Source: Parasitella parasitica NRRL 2501
Lineage: Eukaryota > Fungi > Mucoromycota
NCBI GenBank assembly: GCA_025201805.1
Contig: MU619380.1
Location: forward strand, 4,426-68,246
Length of the DNA stretch: 63,821 nt
Direction of reading: 5' to 3'
A program made the translations under genes and the position numbers. Of the stretch, positions 1 through 11,946 are shown piece by piece; the stretch's first letter is position 1; each line of letters begins with the position of its first letter. The notes beneath the pieces were generated by a model. The model was given only the letters and a program-made list of their open reading frames with translations. It was not told where the DNA came from and made no database searches.

Positions 1-218
1 ATTCGATAATGATAACTTGCAACACTTGCTTCTGCTGCTCTACATGGCTTACGTTGTAGACGCTATACGGTATTGTTTAGTATAAATCGCGAAATGTATA
101 CCATTACATGTGTATCAGTGCTAAATACTTGGTAGTTTACATTACAACATACAGTAAATATTACTTGCAAAGCTTAGCTGTTGTGCTGCCAATCGCTTTC
201 TCTGGCAGTCTTTATATT

Positions 219-460
219 TTAGGCCACGCATGACACTAGCAGTTTGATGGGACGCGAGAAATGAAAATGACCCAGTGTGTGTGATTGAAATGAGAGCAGA
301 GGGCGCAAGCAGGAGACAGAAAGAAGGCAGAAATAAAACAGTGTAATAGCAATTGGCAAGGAATTTTGTGACGGAGGATCAGTTGCCCTGGGCCAGCACA
401 AAGTGCGATATGATTTTGTAGAGAATTCAGTTCAACAATGCCCAGTGCCGTTGGAAAAAC
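219..460 (-). mobile_element. Degenerate non-LTR retrotransposon (L1-type LINE ORF2) C-terminal zf-RVT remnant
   Basis: Two overlapping minus-strand frames together read ...LNSLQ...RHKIPCQLLLHCFISAFFLSPACALCSHF / HTLGHFHFSRPIKLLV. This matches the zf-RVT pattern (H-KIP...CxxC...HF.F.CP), with a frameshift and loss of the last Cys. Confidence 0.6.
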
Positions 461-1347
461 ATATATATTGATAAACAAAATAAACAAGGTGGTATGGACC
501 ACAGTATGATCATCTACTGGCAGAAAGATAGTAGCTTGAGACAATTCAGTTTACCCAGTGCCAAGTACCATTTTGCAAAATTGAAATAAACAGAGAATTC
601 AAAAGATTGCTTTATTGGACAAAGGCAGAAATCTTGATTAGTGTTCGTAATGTAAGACTGAGCAAGTAAGCCGTATTGGGATTAGATGAAAAAATCGTAT
701 CGATATTAGTAATATGATCCATTTGTTCTTTATGGTGGATTTCTTTTGGAGAGCACAGTCTACGAGAGCATAATCCATGGAATATCAGTATCTGCAATAC
801 GAAAGCATTGCAGCCCATATTGCCAAAACTAAAACATTATTCTGTATATCGAGCAATAATTTACAAGAAAAATTCATTAGGTAGTAAGACCAATCCACGG
901 CATGTTGAAGTTCATCTTGACTTTATTCTCAATGGCTAGTCTTCAATCACATCAGAGGTAAAGACATTCTCGTTGTCCGAAGCCTGAGATATGTCAATGC
1001 CCATAGAATGAGTAAGTTTAAGTGAAGTATCTGCTTGATTGAAATTTGGCAAGGTAAATATCAAGCAGTTTTCGGCTGCAGATTATTGAGTATTGAGCAT
1101 AATAGATACAAGAGATATTCGCTTACACATATATGGGCCACGTTTGGCTAAATCATTGAAACTTTGCTTTGCTACGGTAAATTTAGCCTTCAATAATAAA
1201 AATGTTTACAGTATAAAGCATCCCATGATTTGCTTATTGAATTGAATCAGTGGTTATAAATGATGAAGCACATGTGATATGAGCAACTGATTTTTTGTAA
1301 ATTCCGATCCCTCGATATTGAATTGATCTTTCGTGAAACTATACTTT

Positions 1348-1382
<35 letters not shown>

Positions 1383-1404
1383 CTTGATACGATTACTTGA
1401 ATAC

Positions 1405-2954
1405 ATGCATGGTGAAAAAATGGGAGTAAAAATGTCGGTCGGTAAGTTGACTTTAGCTCGGGTGAAGCATTCTACAACAACACATTTAATGGCTTTTAAC
1501 GTTATAAATAGCAACAAGCATGCGCCGAGCTCAGCAAACACAAGATATCTTGGAGGCAATGGCTAAGAATGATTTTGATCAACTAAAAAGATTGGCTAGA
1601 CAGCCTGGAGGTTTCGTTAATGATAAGCTTAGGCAATATGTGTGGTAGGTTGGTAATATATTTGCTATAAAAGCCTCAGATGTTTCAAGAGGCATTTACA
1701 AACTTGAATAGGCCGGTTCTATTGCATACACAGCATGGCAATTATTTAGCAGAACGTGGTAGTGGTAAATAATGACTCCCTTTTTTTTTTTTTTCATTGT
1801 AGTGATAAGACAAAGACTCTAAATGAATTTTCGTTAGAAAAAGATCTGGCTGATCCGCTGCAAATATCTAAAGACGTCGAGAGATCATTGTACTACTATC
1901 CTCAAGGTTAGCTAATTTCATGTTGTTTAGATGCTATTGTTCGGAAATATAACCAACTAACCAAGCAGAAAACACAAAGATGTAACTCCCATGTTTAAAG
2001 CGCACAAACAGCAAGAATTGCACTGCATGATAATAGAAATACTATGGAGAAATCCAGCACTCAAGTACTATCAAGTAAGTTTCCGGTTCTGCACGAGAGA
2101 AAGCCGCTAATATTGTGTGGTACTAGGGGTTCCACGACATTTGCACTTGTTTTTTGCTAGTTCTCGGTAAAAAGGCAGCCATACCAGCAGCAGAAAATGT
2201 TGCCCTGTTCTTTATCCGAGATGCCATGCTGGATTCGTTCGATCCTGTCTCCAAACAACTACGGCTGATGAGTTCACTTATTGAATACGAAGATCCCGAA
2301 CTAACGTTATTTTTGGAAATGGCAAACGTCATGCCATATTATGCATTGAGTTGGATCCTGACTTGGTTTAGTCATGACTTTGAGGCCTACGAGAAAGCCA
2401 TTCGCTTGTTTGATCTATTCATTTCTAGCCAAGCCATTATGCCAGTGTACATAGCAAGCGCCGTAAGCTCTTGGTTTCGATAGCGTAGTTCCTGCTCGCT
2501 AATTGATTTCATAGATAACATTACTACGCAGACATGAAATATTAAAAGCAGAGCGAGACCTAGTTCATTCACTCATGACTCGGATTCCCCAAGATATGGA
2601 TATTGAAAGAATTATAGAAAAGGCTGTTTTGTTGGAAGAAAAGTATTCCGTACTCCAGTTGCAAAAGCAGAGTGGGATCTGGCTGCATAACGAGTAAAGG
2701 AATTTTGCACTGTCATCAATGCTCTTTAACATGTTCATTCTTTTTTTTTTTTTTCCACTAGATCTGTGATAAACACATGGCAAAAGGACTGGGGAAGGCT
2801 AGGATGGGGGCAGGTGCCAGATCAACTACTAGCAAATAGATACCTTGGCCATAAAGTGGAGAAAGAAGAATGGGAGGATGAGATGCTTATGGAATGGACT
2901 CGGAGAAGAAGAGGCTCGATAGAAGCAGAAGAGGATGATTTTATGTTTAGATAA
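1405..2954 (+). CDS. GYP8: TBC-domain Rab GTPase-activating protein (Gyp8/TBC1D20-like), multi-exon
   Basis: Spliced exons give GGFVNDKLRQYVW, QISKDVERS (IxxDxxR arginine finger), YYQ/GFHDI (glutamine finger), YYALSWILTWFSHD and RLFDLF. The exact C-terminus is uncertain. Confidence 0.85.
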
Positions 2955-3196
2955 TAAATGCTTTAATTTATTGATCCGTGCTGTTTTCAATGGTATAAAA
3001 AGCTACCACGGTAGCTGTTGGTAGCTGGCTGCTTTCTCTGTACTCTATACCATTTAACGCTTTAACCATTTGTCAGTGTGTTGAATGCCGCCCAAACACC
3101 AGTCAGACCAATTGGATTTGTGACGCCTGTAGGCTATTCCTTCATCAAAAATCGCGAATAAGGGTTTTCTGGGTTCCTTTGATTAAAATAGCAGAG

Positions 3197-6100
3197 ATGG
3201 TCAAAAGAAAAGCACAAGCTGATCCCAACGTATTAGAAGAGTCTACGTTCGACAAGGCAACAGCACTTGCCAATATGAAAGAAACAGTGGTCGATATATT
3301 TACGGCGGCTCAAACACCAGATGTTGTGATTCGGGCAGAGTGCATCAAACTGAGAAACATACAAATTGGTTGCTGCTATAATTCGCCAAGACTTCTGGGG
3401 CAAGCAGAAGACATTGACTATGAAGCAGAAGCAGAATTCCTAAAGTTGGTATTCAGGATGATAAATATTGTCATCAAAGCAAAGAGAAAAGAGCCAACAG
3501 CGGATCGAGTCCAGCGGTTCATCGCTAATTTCCTACAATACATTCAAACAAAAGGCATGCATATACACTGATTTAGTAGATTCATGGTAATTAACAACTT
3601 TTTAGATGAGGACGCCAAAATCAAAGCAAGACAAATGAGAAGGAGCCTATTAAGCCCACCTGCACAACGAGAGACATCTGCAACAGCCGAAACTGATTTG
3701 GCTAACTCTGATGTTGAAATGGACGAGAATACACCAGATTATGAAGAAACAGTAGAAGCGGAAACAACGGAACAAAACAACGGAGACAATAAAGAAAATG
3801 AAGAAAATGAAGAAAATGAAGACGATCAAGGCGATCAAGGCGATCAAGGCGATCAAGGCGACGACGATGAAGATTTAGGATATGAAACCATCACTTCGAG
3901 ATTTGTTGAAAGTTTACTGCGACATTTGTTCCAGGGATTTGCAGATGCAAAAGCAACTGTTCGTATTAGATGTTGTCAGATAATTGCCCTCAGCATCAGC
4001 TCAATGGGCGAATTAGAGTAAGAGCATGAAAATGACACTGGATTGAACCTACTGTATTAACGACTGCACGCTTTTTTTCCAGCGAGGATTTATATCAAGA
4101 TTTGAAAAAACATTTATTTGAAGGGCACATTGACAGAGAGCCATATGTTCGGGCTCAGGCAGTAACGGCGCTATGTCGACTGCAAAGTGATACTGAAGTA
4201 AATCCCTTGGATGGACAAACGATCCATGAAAAGCTGATGTGGAGTGTTCGACATGACCCAAGTTCGTAAGTGCTCTAATCCATATGCTTGAGATAGCTTT
4301 GCTTTAAACGCTCATTTAGCGAAGTCCGTCGACTGATCCTGTTCAACACCGATGTTACCTCAGAGACACTTCCGTACATTGTCAAGAGCATACGAGATCC
4401 AGACGATACCAATAGAAGAGTAGTTTATTTAAAGCCACTAGCCAGTTTGAAAGATTTCAGATTACTGAGTTTTGATGAAAGACAACAAGTTTTGAAGTGG
4501 GGACTAAACGACAGAAATGAACTGGTGAGAAAAGCCGCCACAAAGATGTTTGCTGAAAATTGGATCAAACATGCTGGGAGAAATCTAATTGAATTTTTGG
4601 AACGATTAGAGGCGACAAAACCGCAAATGACAGAGTTGATTGAAAAGCTGTTTCAAGAGTTCTTCAAGATTCGATCGGATGTGTTTAATGAAACTATGTT
4701 TGACCATGAATTTTGGAGCAACTTATCGGGGGAGAGTTCTTTGCTGGCAAGGATGATGATTGAATACTTACAAACAGAAAACGAGGAAGATGAACGCTTA
4801 GAAAAAATTTTGCCTTCAGTAACGGATCATGTCATGAATTTGGAAAACTACTACAATTTATACCAGCAGTGCAACAATGCAGAAGATAATTCATTCAATT
4901 ACGAATACATCATTATTCAGCTGCTGGACATTGCACTTTGCTTGGATTACGCTGACGAAATGGGCAGGAAAAAGATGTTTAATTTGCTGAGGGATATTCT
5001 GAGGTCGTATGAAGTGATTGACAGCCATTTGGAACGAATACTGAAGGTGTTTAGAAGAATATCGATCGACGAAAGAGACTTTACCAGGTATGCCTTCCGT
5101 GTGTGTATAATGTCTGCAAAATGCTAATCCTTTGCGCGGCAGATCCATCATTGAAATTATCTCTGATATTCAAGAGGAAGCTGCAGTACCTTATCTTGAT
5201 ATGGAAGATGATGTTGCGACGAAAAGAGCAAAATTTGACGACAATAGCACCGGCTCCCCCGATGCAGAGATTACTACACAACCCGACGAAATCAGCAACA
5301 GCCAAGATGTGGCAACTCAAGACATGGATAAGCTAGTAGCAAAGCTCCGCTGCCTTAACATTTGCAGACGCATGCTTGAGAACAGCTACGAGCCGCTAAC
5401 AGACAACTCAATTTTGTATGGCCTCCTGAATGATCTGATCGTACCAGCTGTTCAAGATGGCGATTCTTTACTTCGTCAAGAAGGCTTGCATTGTCTTGGC
5501 TTATGTTGCACCTTGGACAAAGGCTTGGCACAGCATAATGTTGGATTATTCATCAACTGTGTCAAAAATGGACACGAAGTTTTAGTGTTGAAAGCCATGA
5601 GAGTAAGTGAGTGGGATTAGTATGCAAGGGACCTACTAAAATCATGTATGGAATAGACATTGGGTGATATTTTGTTAATGTACGGCGTAGATGCAATGAG
5701 CGAACACTTGTCTGATGTGAGTGATCTGATTATTACCCACTAAACACCAGTGACTCTAACTCGATTGACAACATTAGCCCCACGATATTCAAACCGTGTT
5801 TGAATTTGGCTTGGACCACGATAATGGCGAAATCCAATCATTGACAGCGCAGAGTCTTTGCAAGCTTATGTTATTCAATCGATACAGTGATGACGATGTA
5901 TGCAATCAGCTATTCCAATGAAATATACGACGGCTAACCTTGACTCTGATAGCTCTTGCGCTTGATGGTACTGTTGTATTTCTTTCCCAAGACTGAAATG
6001 GACGAACATAGCAACATGATCCACCAATGCTTGGCGTACTTTTTCCCAGCCTATTGCTACTCCAGCTTGGAACATCAAAAATCCTTATCCAACATTGCAA

Positions 6101-6827
6101 TTGCTGCTTTAGAAGAACTCTGTAATATATACGGCGACTTGGATAAGGGGGAAAACATGACCAATCCAAAGCAAATTGCCGACATGTTGGCTGATTGGAT
6201 TGACCCTAGAAAGTTATCAAAAGCTTTGGCCAAAACGACAGAGTTTTCAGATGACCAAGATTTCATTGCACCTGGGAAACTTGCTATCAAAGCCTTGACT
6301 GTTATCTATATTGAAGAAGAAGGTTTAAAACGAAAGACAATGTGTTCCTTTGTGTCAAGATTGTACTTGGATCGAGCTGAAAAATTAGATTTAATTGAAA
6401 TCAAAAAGCTTATTCTCAAGATCAATAAGGTAAGCGAATGGAATTGACAAATGACGGGATCTCTCACTCGTATAAATGAATCCGATACAATTAGGAAACT
6501 CCGTTGAAACTATTGCCTACTCGAAGATCTTTAAACAAAATTATGGAGACAATTGATGCTATTGTTGGCCCTAAAGAACAAGAGAATAACGAAAAGGAAG
6601 CAGAAGAGCAGGAAGAAGAAAAAGCAGAGGATGAGGATGAGGAAGAGGAAGAGAAACCCTGGCTGAAAGATGATGAGGCAGACGACGAACAAGACGACAA
6701 GGAAGATGACGAGGAAGATGACGAGGAAGATGACGAACAAGACGGTGAAGAAGAAGACGACGACGACGAGAAAGAGGGAATGGAAGACGAGCAGGAAGAG
6801 GATGTTGATAATGATAGTGACATCTGA
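3197..6827 (+). CDS. YCG1: Condensin complex subunit 3 (Ycg1/CAP-G/NCAPG), HEAT-repeat protein with acidic tail
   Basis: Motifs include KRKEPTADRVQRFIANF, KATVRIRCCQII, LKWGLNDR, DYADEMGRKKMF, LIVPAVQ..LRQEGLHCLGL and QCLAYFFPAYC. The exons are joined by short introns and the C-terminus is D/E-rich. Confidence 0.92.
3793..3862 (+). repeat. Coding 9-bp tandem repeats (GAAAATGAA x3, then GATCAAGGC x4) in the acidic linker of Ycg1
   Basis: Directly visible; they encode ENE repeats and DQG repeats. Confidence 0.85.
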
Positions 6828-7319
6828 GGTTTTTTTTTTTTTTTTTATAAGCGAAACTATACAATTACACAACAAATAAATAAGACTTGTGCACAAGGCG
6901 TAACATGTTACATTTCTTTGCCGCCATGTATAGGCATTCATATCAAATTGGAATCCCAAAACGTCAGCGATTAAACTAGTACTGTAGCCTTCTGGATAGG
7001 TTTTGCTTTGCTACTACTACTCTGTTCCTGCTCAAGATTGACTAGCCGAAATTTTTACGGTAATACTTTTCTCGTGAGGTTTGGGATTAGGATAGCTGTT
7101 TCCATAGTACATTCTGTTGAGCGTTTTAGCCGCCGGAATTAGATTATCAATTGTCACTTCTGCATTCAAATCCATGAGTTCGGCAGCATCTGGTTTCAAG
7201 TCAGAGTGGCGTGGACCGTAATGTGCAAGTGACTGAAATTCCTCTAAACACACTGAAAACTGAAAATTTGTTACAGCTTCTTTTGCAGTTTTTTTTTTTT
7301 TTACCCAACAACTTTCATA

Positions 7320-8730
7320 ATGGCCCCCCTCGGTGTAAGCATAACTATCATTAAAAAAATATACGTGAGAATTAACCATGTTTATTGGCAAATAGACCAT
7401 CAGATCTTACCTTGAAAACCCTCGCGTTGCTAAGGCTCAAATCGCTGTAAGTGATTCAAAATGCCCATGTAATTTATCAGCTGGAACTAACACACTATTT
7501 AGGCTGAACTCAGTGGTGTTGAATTCAACGTTGAGGCTTTCGACCTTACCAAGGATGTTACTCCCGAGTTCTTGAACAAGTTTCCCCTGGGCAAGATTCC
7601 CGCCTTTGAATCCCCAGTGGTCAACCTTTTCGAGGCTTCTTCCATCGCTTACTATGGTAAGAAACATTCAGTATTTTGAAAGTGTGCCCTGATTGATCGC
7701 TAACTGCAATATAGCTGCTGCTCAAAAGGAAAACAACCCTCTCCTCGGCTCTAGCGCTGCTGAGAAAGCCGAGATCTTCCAATGGGTCCTCTTCAGTGAG
7801 AACGAAATCAACACCAATATCGGTGGCTGGGTCTATCCTCTCATGGGTTACGGTGTATACCTGAAGCCCAGTGTTGATGCTGCTACCGAAAGAACCAAGC
7901 GTGCTTTGCTTGCCCTCAACAAGGTCCTCCAATCCAAGACCTACCTCGTCGGTGAGGCCATCACCTTTGCCGATATCGCTCTTGTCACCTCTCTCGTTTT
8001 GGGTTTCAAGACCGTCTTTGACAAGGCTTTCCGTGCTGACATCAAGAATGTCGCCCGTTACTTTACCACTGTCACTAACAAGGCCGTCTTCAAAAAGTAC
8101 CTTGGTGAGATTACTCTCTGCGAAACTCCTTTGAAGTTCACTCCCCCCAAGAAGGAGAAGAAGGCTGCTGCTGCTGCCCCCAAGGAAGCTGCTCCCAAGA
8201 AGAAGGAAGCTGCTCCCAAGGCTGCCGAAGACGATCCCGAAGCTGAAGCCAAGCCTGCTCCCAAGCCCAAGTCCAAATTGGACCTGTTGCCTCCTTCCAA
8301 GTTCATCATGGATTCCTGGAAGCGTGAGTACTCTAACAACGACACCAAGGATGCCATCAAGTGGTTCTGGGAAAACTTTGACCAAGAGGGTTACTCTATC
8401 TGGAAGGTTGATTACAAATACAACGACGAGTTGACCCTGACTTTCATGTCCAACAACCTGATTGGTGGTTTCTATGCTCGTCTTGAACGTGCCCACAAGT
8501 ACGCTTTTGGCTCCATGATTGTTCGTGGTGAAAACAACAATAACACCATCTCAGGTTACTTTGTTATCCGTGGCCAAGAAATTCCCTTTGAGGTCTCTGA
8601 TGCTGCTGATTTCACATCTTATAATTTCGAAAAGATTGAGCCTGCTCAGTATGAAGAAAAGAAGGATGAATTCTACAAGTTCCTCGCTTGGGACTTTGAG
8701 GATTGTGTTGATGGTAAGGTCTTTAAATAA
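7320..8730 (+). CDS. EEF1G: Translation elongation factor 1B gamma (GST-like N-domain plus EF1G C-domain), 3 introns
   Basis: Spliced start MAPLG-TIRSYLENPRVAKAQIA. Other motifs are KFPLGKIPAF, WKREYSNNDT, WFWENFD, YKYNDEL and FMSNNLIGGFYARLE. Codon usage is strongly biased to C/T-ending codons. Confidence 0.97.
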
Positions 8731-8909
8731 GCAGCCTGTCCTCAGACTATGTATATCTTTTTTAAAAAAAAATAAATTTTTTTGTTTTGTTATGAACCGA
8801 ATTGGGAGGAGGGAGGGGGTGGGTGCAGTAGAGGCTCTTTATTATTACAGACATAATCAGTGGCAGTGACCTCCAGCCATAGAAGATTTACATTTTACCG
8901 TCAACAAAA

Positions 8910-11657
8910 CTACGTGGTTGAAGAAGTCGTTGTTTGTTGCATTTCACGCAGTGAGCAGGAGTTACATAAAAGAGGTTCATCTGGCGAATACTCTTGCATA
9001 TCCACTGTCGATCCATCAAATCTACGGAAACACGAGCTGCACACAGTTGTGTCGTCCTTGTTGCCAGCCTAAAAAATACACGGATCAGTTTATGAGCTAG
9101 CGGCAAGGGCAAGAGACATTTACCTCTTTGGCTCTTTGAATCAAGGTATTCAGATCGTCTCTCATCTTTTTGTTTGTGATTCTCAACTGATGCAGTTCAT
9201 ATTGCCAGTTGGCATCTCTTGCGATATCCAATTCATCGACCATCCTTTCGACTGTGCTCACACACTGAGGAGTAGGCGTGATGACGCCGTTGCTGTCTAC
9301 ATTGGGCAACGACAGGTCTGCTCGTCCCTTCTTTTTCACATCCGGGTCCATGGAGACAAACACCGATTCTTCGTCTGTCAGAGCGCTTTCTTCCCCAATG
9401 ACCTTGGTTTGCATCAAAACAAACGAGGGCTGTCCTTGCAATGAAGCGTTGCCGTCGGGATAAAATGTCGTTGCCACCATCACCTCTACGCCTGTATTGT
9501 CCAACAGGGCATGCTTCAGATACACTATTTTGCCCTCCTTCACCTCTGCTAGGGCACGCGTCAAATCTGTCGTACGGTTGCTTCGCAGTAGCTGATACAG
9601 TGAAGTGCCGATGATTTCTGATGGAGGTGATCCCAGCACATTCGCTACAGTCCAGCTGACATACAGTAGTAAGCCGTCTGCGCTTAGTTTTCCCCAAAAT
9701 TCGTGGTCCTCCATACCTGGCATTTCGTTTACAGTAGTACGTGTGGCATGCGCTTTATTGCCTACAGCCAGTGCGCTACGGGGCAGCTGGTATACAGGAC
9801 GCTCACGGCCTGACAGCACGACATATTTACGGCCACGGCCATCTTCGTTTCGTAATTTGCCACAGCATTCGATCCACATGTAGCCCGAGTTTTTTCTTCG
9901 CACTCGGTATATCAGGTTGACTGGTTCAGTAGAGTGGTTGGAGGACTGCTTGAGTTCTCGCATGACTGTCGTGATGTCGGAGGGATGGCAAATAGCTTTT
10001 AGTGATTTGCCTACTAGTTCAGAGGACTCGTACTCTAAAATTTGAGCCGTCGAATCAGAGCAGTATAGAAAGATGCCCTTGATGGTCAACACATGGATAA
10101 AGTCCGGGCTTTGGTCCAGCAATAATTCGTGCCAGCAGCGTCTGAATTTGCCCTCATCGGTACTCGCTTCTTTAATCAGTGTTTCCACATCCATCGGCGG
10201 TTCTGCGTCTGTTTGTTGCTGTGATGGAACAATCGCATTTTCTGGAGCTGCGATGCCTGTGTTTTTGTTTGATAATGCTAGTGAATGGTGTTGTTGTTGC
10301 TGTTGCGGTTGTGGCTGTTGTTGCTGTTGCGGTGGTTGTGTTGGCTGTGTTGGCTGTGGTTGTGAGGTGTTTGAGCCGTACATGGGTTTTGGGGACACGG
10401 GTCGAGTCCATTCTTTGACGGGTTCTGTCATGGTATCTGCATTTATACTAAGGCCAGCTATATATATATATATATAAGAGTACTGGTTTAGTCGAATGGT
10501 GGTTGTGTGTAATGCAAGTTCACCTACCTCGAATAGATGGAGGGATCGTCGAACTTCGATAATTAACCGTATAAGTGCCATCTACATAGCAATGACAACA
10601 TGAATAATGTGGCAGAATGTATGGTTGCTGGTTATACCTTTCATGCTTTGAAAAATGGAATTGGGCTGCTCTACCAGATCGACTTGCAGGCCAATAAAGT
10701 AATCAATCTCTTCAGAAGACTCCCAGGCTATTGGTACCACAGTTAGCAAATTGACAAATGGTTGGCCTGATTTCCGGTAATTGATAATGCTGGATTGCGA
10801 TTCTTTGCCCTGAACAATGTGGGTTTTTATATGGTATACGGTGGTATTGTCTGTGTATTTTCTTCTTGATCCGATAGCTACTCTACCGTCGGGTGCCTGG
10901 AGAAATCTGCAGTTTCTGCCAATCACTTCGCTGGGAGCATATCCCGTTAATTTTTCAAACGTGGGCGAGGCGTAAACAAGAGGAAAATCGTATTGTTTTG
11001 CATCAACCACAACAAATGAGCATGATAGATCAACGGGTCCCAAATTGATCTGGGGATTTGGTCTGGCAGAGAATTTTTTTTTTTTTTTTTTTTTTTTTNN
11101 NNNNNNNNNNNNNNNNNNNNNNNNNNNNNNNNNNNNNNNNNNNNNNNNGCTGTTAGTATAATATTCTAATCTGTCTCCTACGGGCATTACCTGTTAACTA
11201 CGCGCGATAGTATAGAAAGCATATCGAATCCGGTGTTGGCGTACATCCCAGAGTATCGGCCACTGTCGCCTTGATTTGAAGCGAGTGACGGTATGGGTGC
11301 AGATGGTATAGCGGGTGGTGGGGCAGACGGCTGGAAAGCATTCATGGATGTCGTGCCTGAAGGCTGAAGCATTGGGTGTTGCTGCTGATGCTGCTGCTGC
11401 TGTTGTTGTTGATGTATAAGCTGCTGCTGCTGTTGTTGTTGTTGTATAAAGTTTGGCTGTTGCGCTGGCAATGTGGACTGGATTGATGGCTGCCGTTCTG
11501 AATGGCTGCGTGGATTATGTATTGAGGTGTTTGCTTGGTTGGTCATTAAGCCGGCCTGAAATCCAGTGAAAGAGAACAACTTGTCTGTAGATGGCGGCAC
11601 ATTGCTGCTCTCGTAAATCTGAGGATTGAATTGGCCCAAGGATTGAAACGGGTCCAT
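8910..11657 (-). CDS. wc-1: White collar-1 family blue-light photoreceptor (LOV-PAS-PAS plus atypical C4 finger); probably the Wc-1b/WcoB-type paralogue
   Basis: Shows GFDMLSILSRVVNR-PNPQINLGPVDLSCSF, the LOV motif GRNCRFLQ and INYRKSGQPFVN. PAS-B has CHPSD..RRKNSGYMWIE, followed by PAS-C and WQYELHQL. The last exon (9068-8910) was reconstructed via the GT-AG intron 9123-9069. Confidence 0.95.
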
Positions 11658-11946
11658 TTTCGAGCGAGCGAGCGAAAAAAAAAAAAAAATAGAGTAAGTT
11701 AAGAAAGGGGAAATTTGCTTTTTCTCTCTAAAAAAAAAACAAGTTGAAGGGGTCGATCCATGCACATGGAAATAAGACAGTACAAAGAAGGTGATGTGTA
11801 GGCGGCGGCTGCTTTCAAGAAGGGAAGGGAGGAGCCAATGAAGTTTCGTGACAATTCATTTGGTGGCATGTTGTTGTACGCAGTGGGCTCTTTATTTTTA
11901 TTTTTTTTGTTTTATTACTTCTCTACTACGCTTGGTTGACATCGCT

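Noticed and set aside
7335-7713. Intronic snoRNA in eEF1B-gamma introns (as in yeast TEF4)
   Set aside because: The introns are only about 57-61 nt and have no convincing C/D or H/ACA box pair.
7621-8496. 291-aa antisense ORF over eEF1B-gamma
   Set aside because: It is a shadow ORF caused by the strong codon bias of a highly expressed gene, and it has no recognisable motifs.
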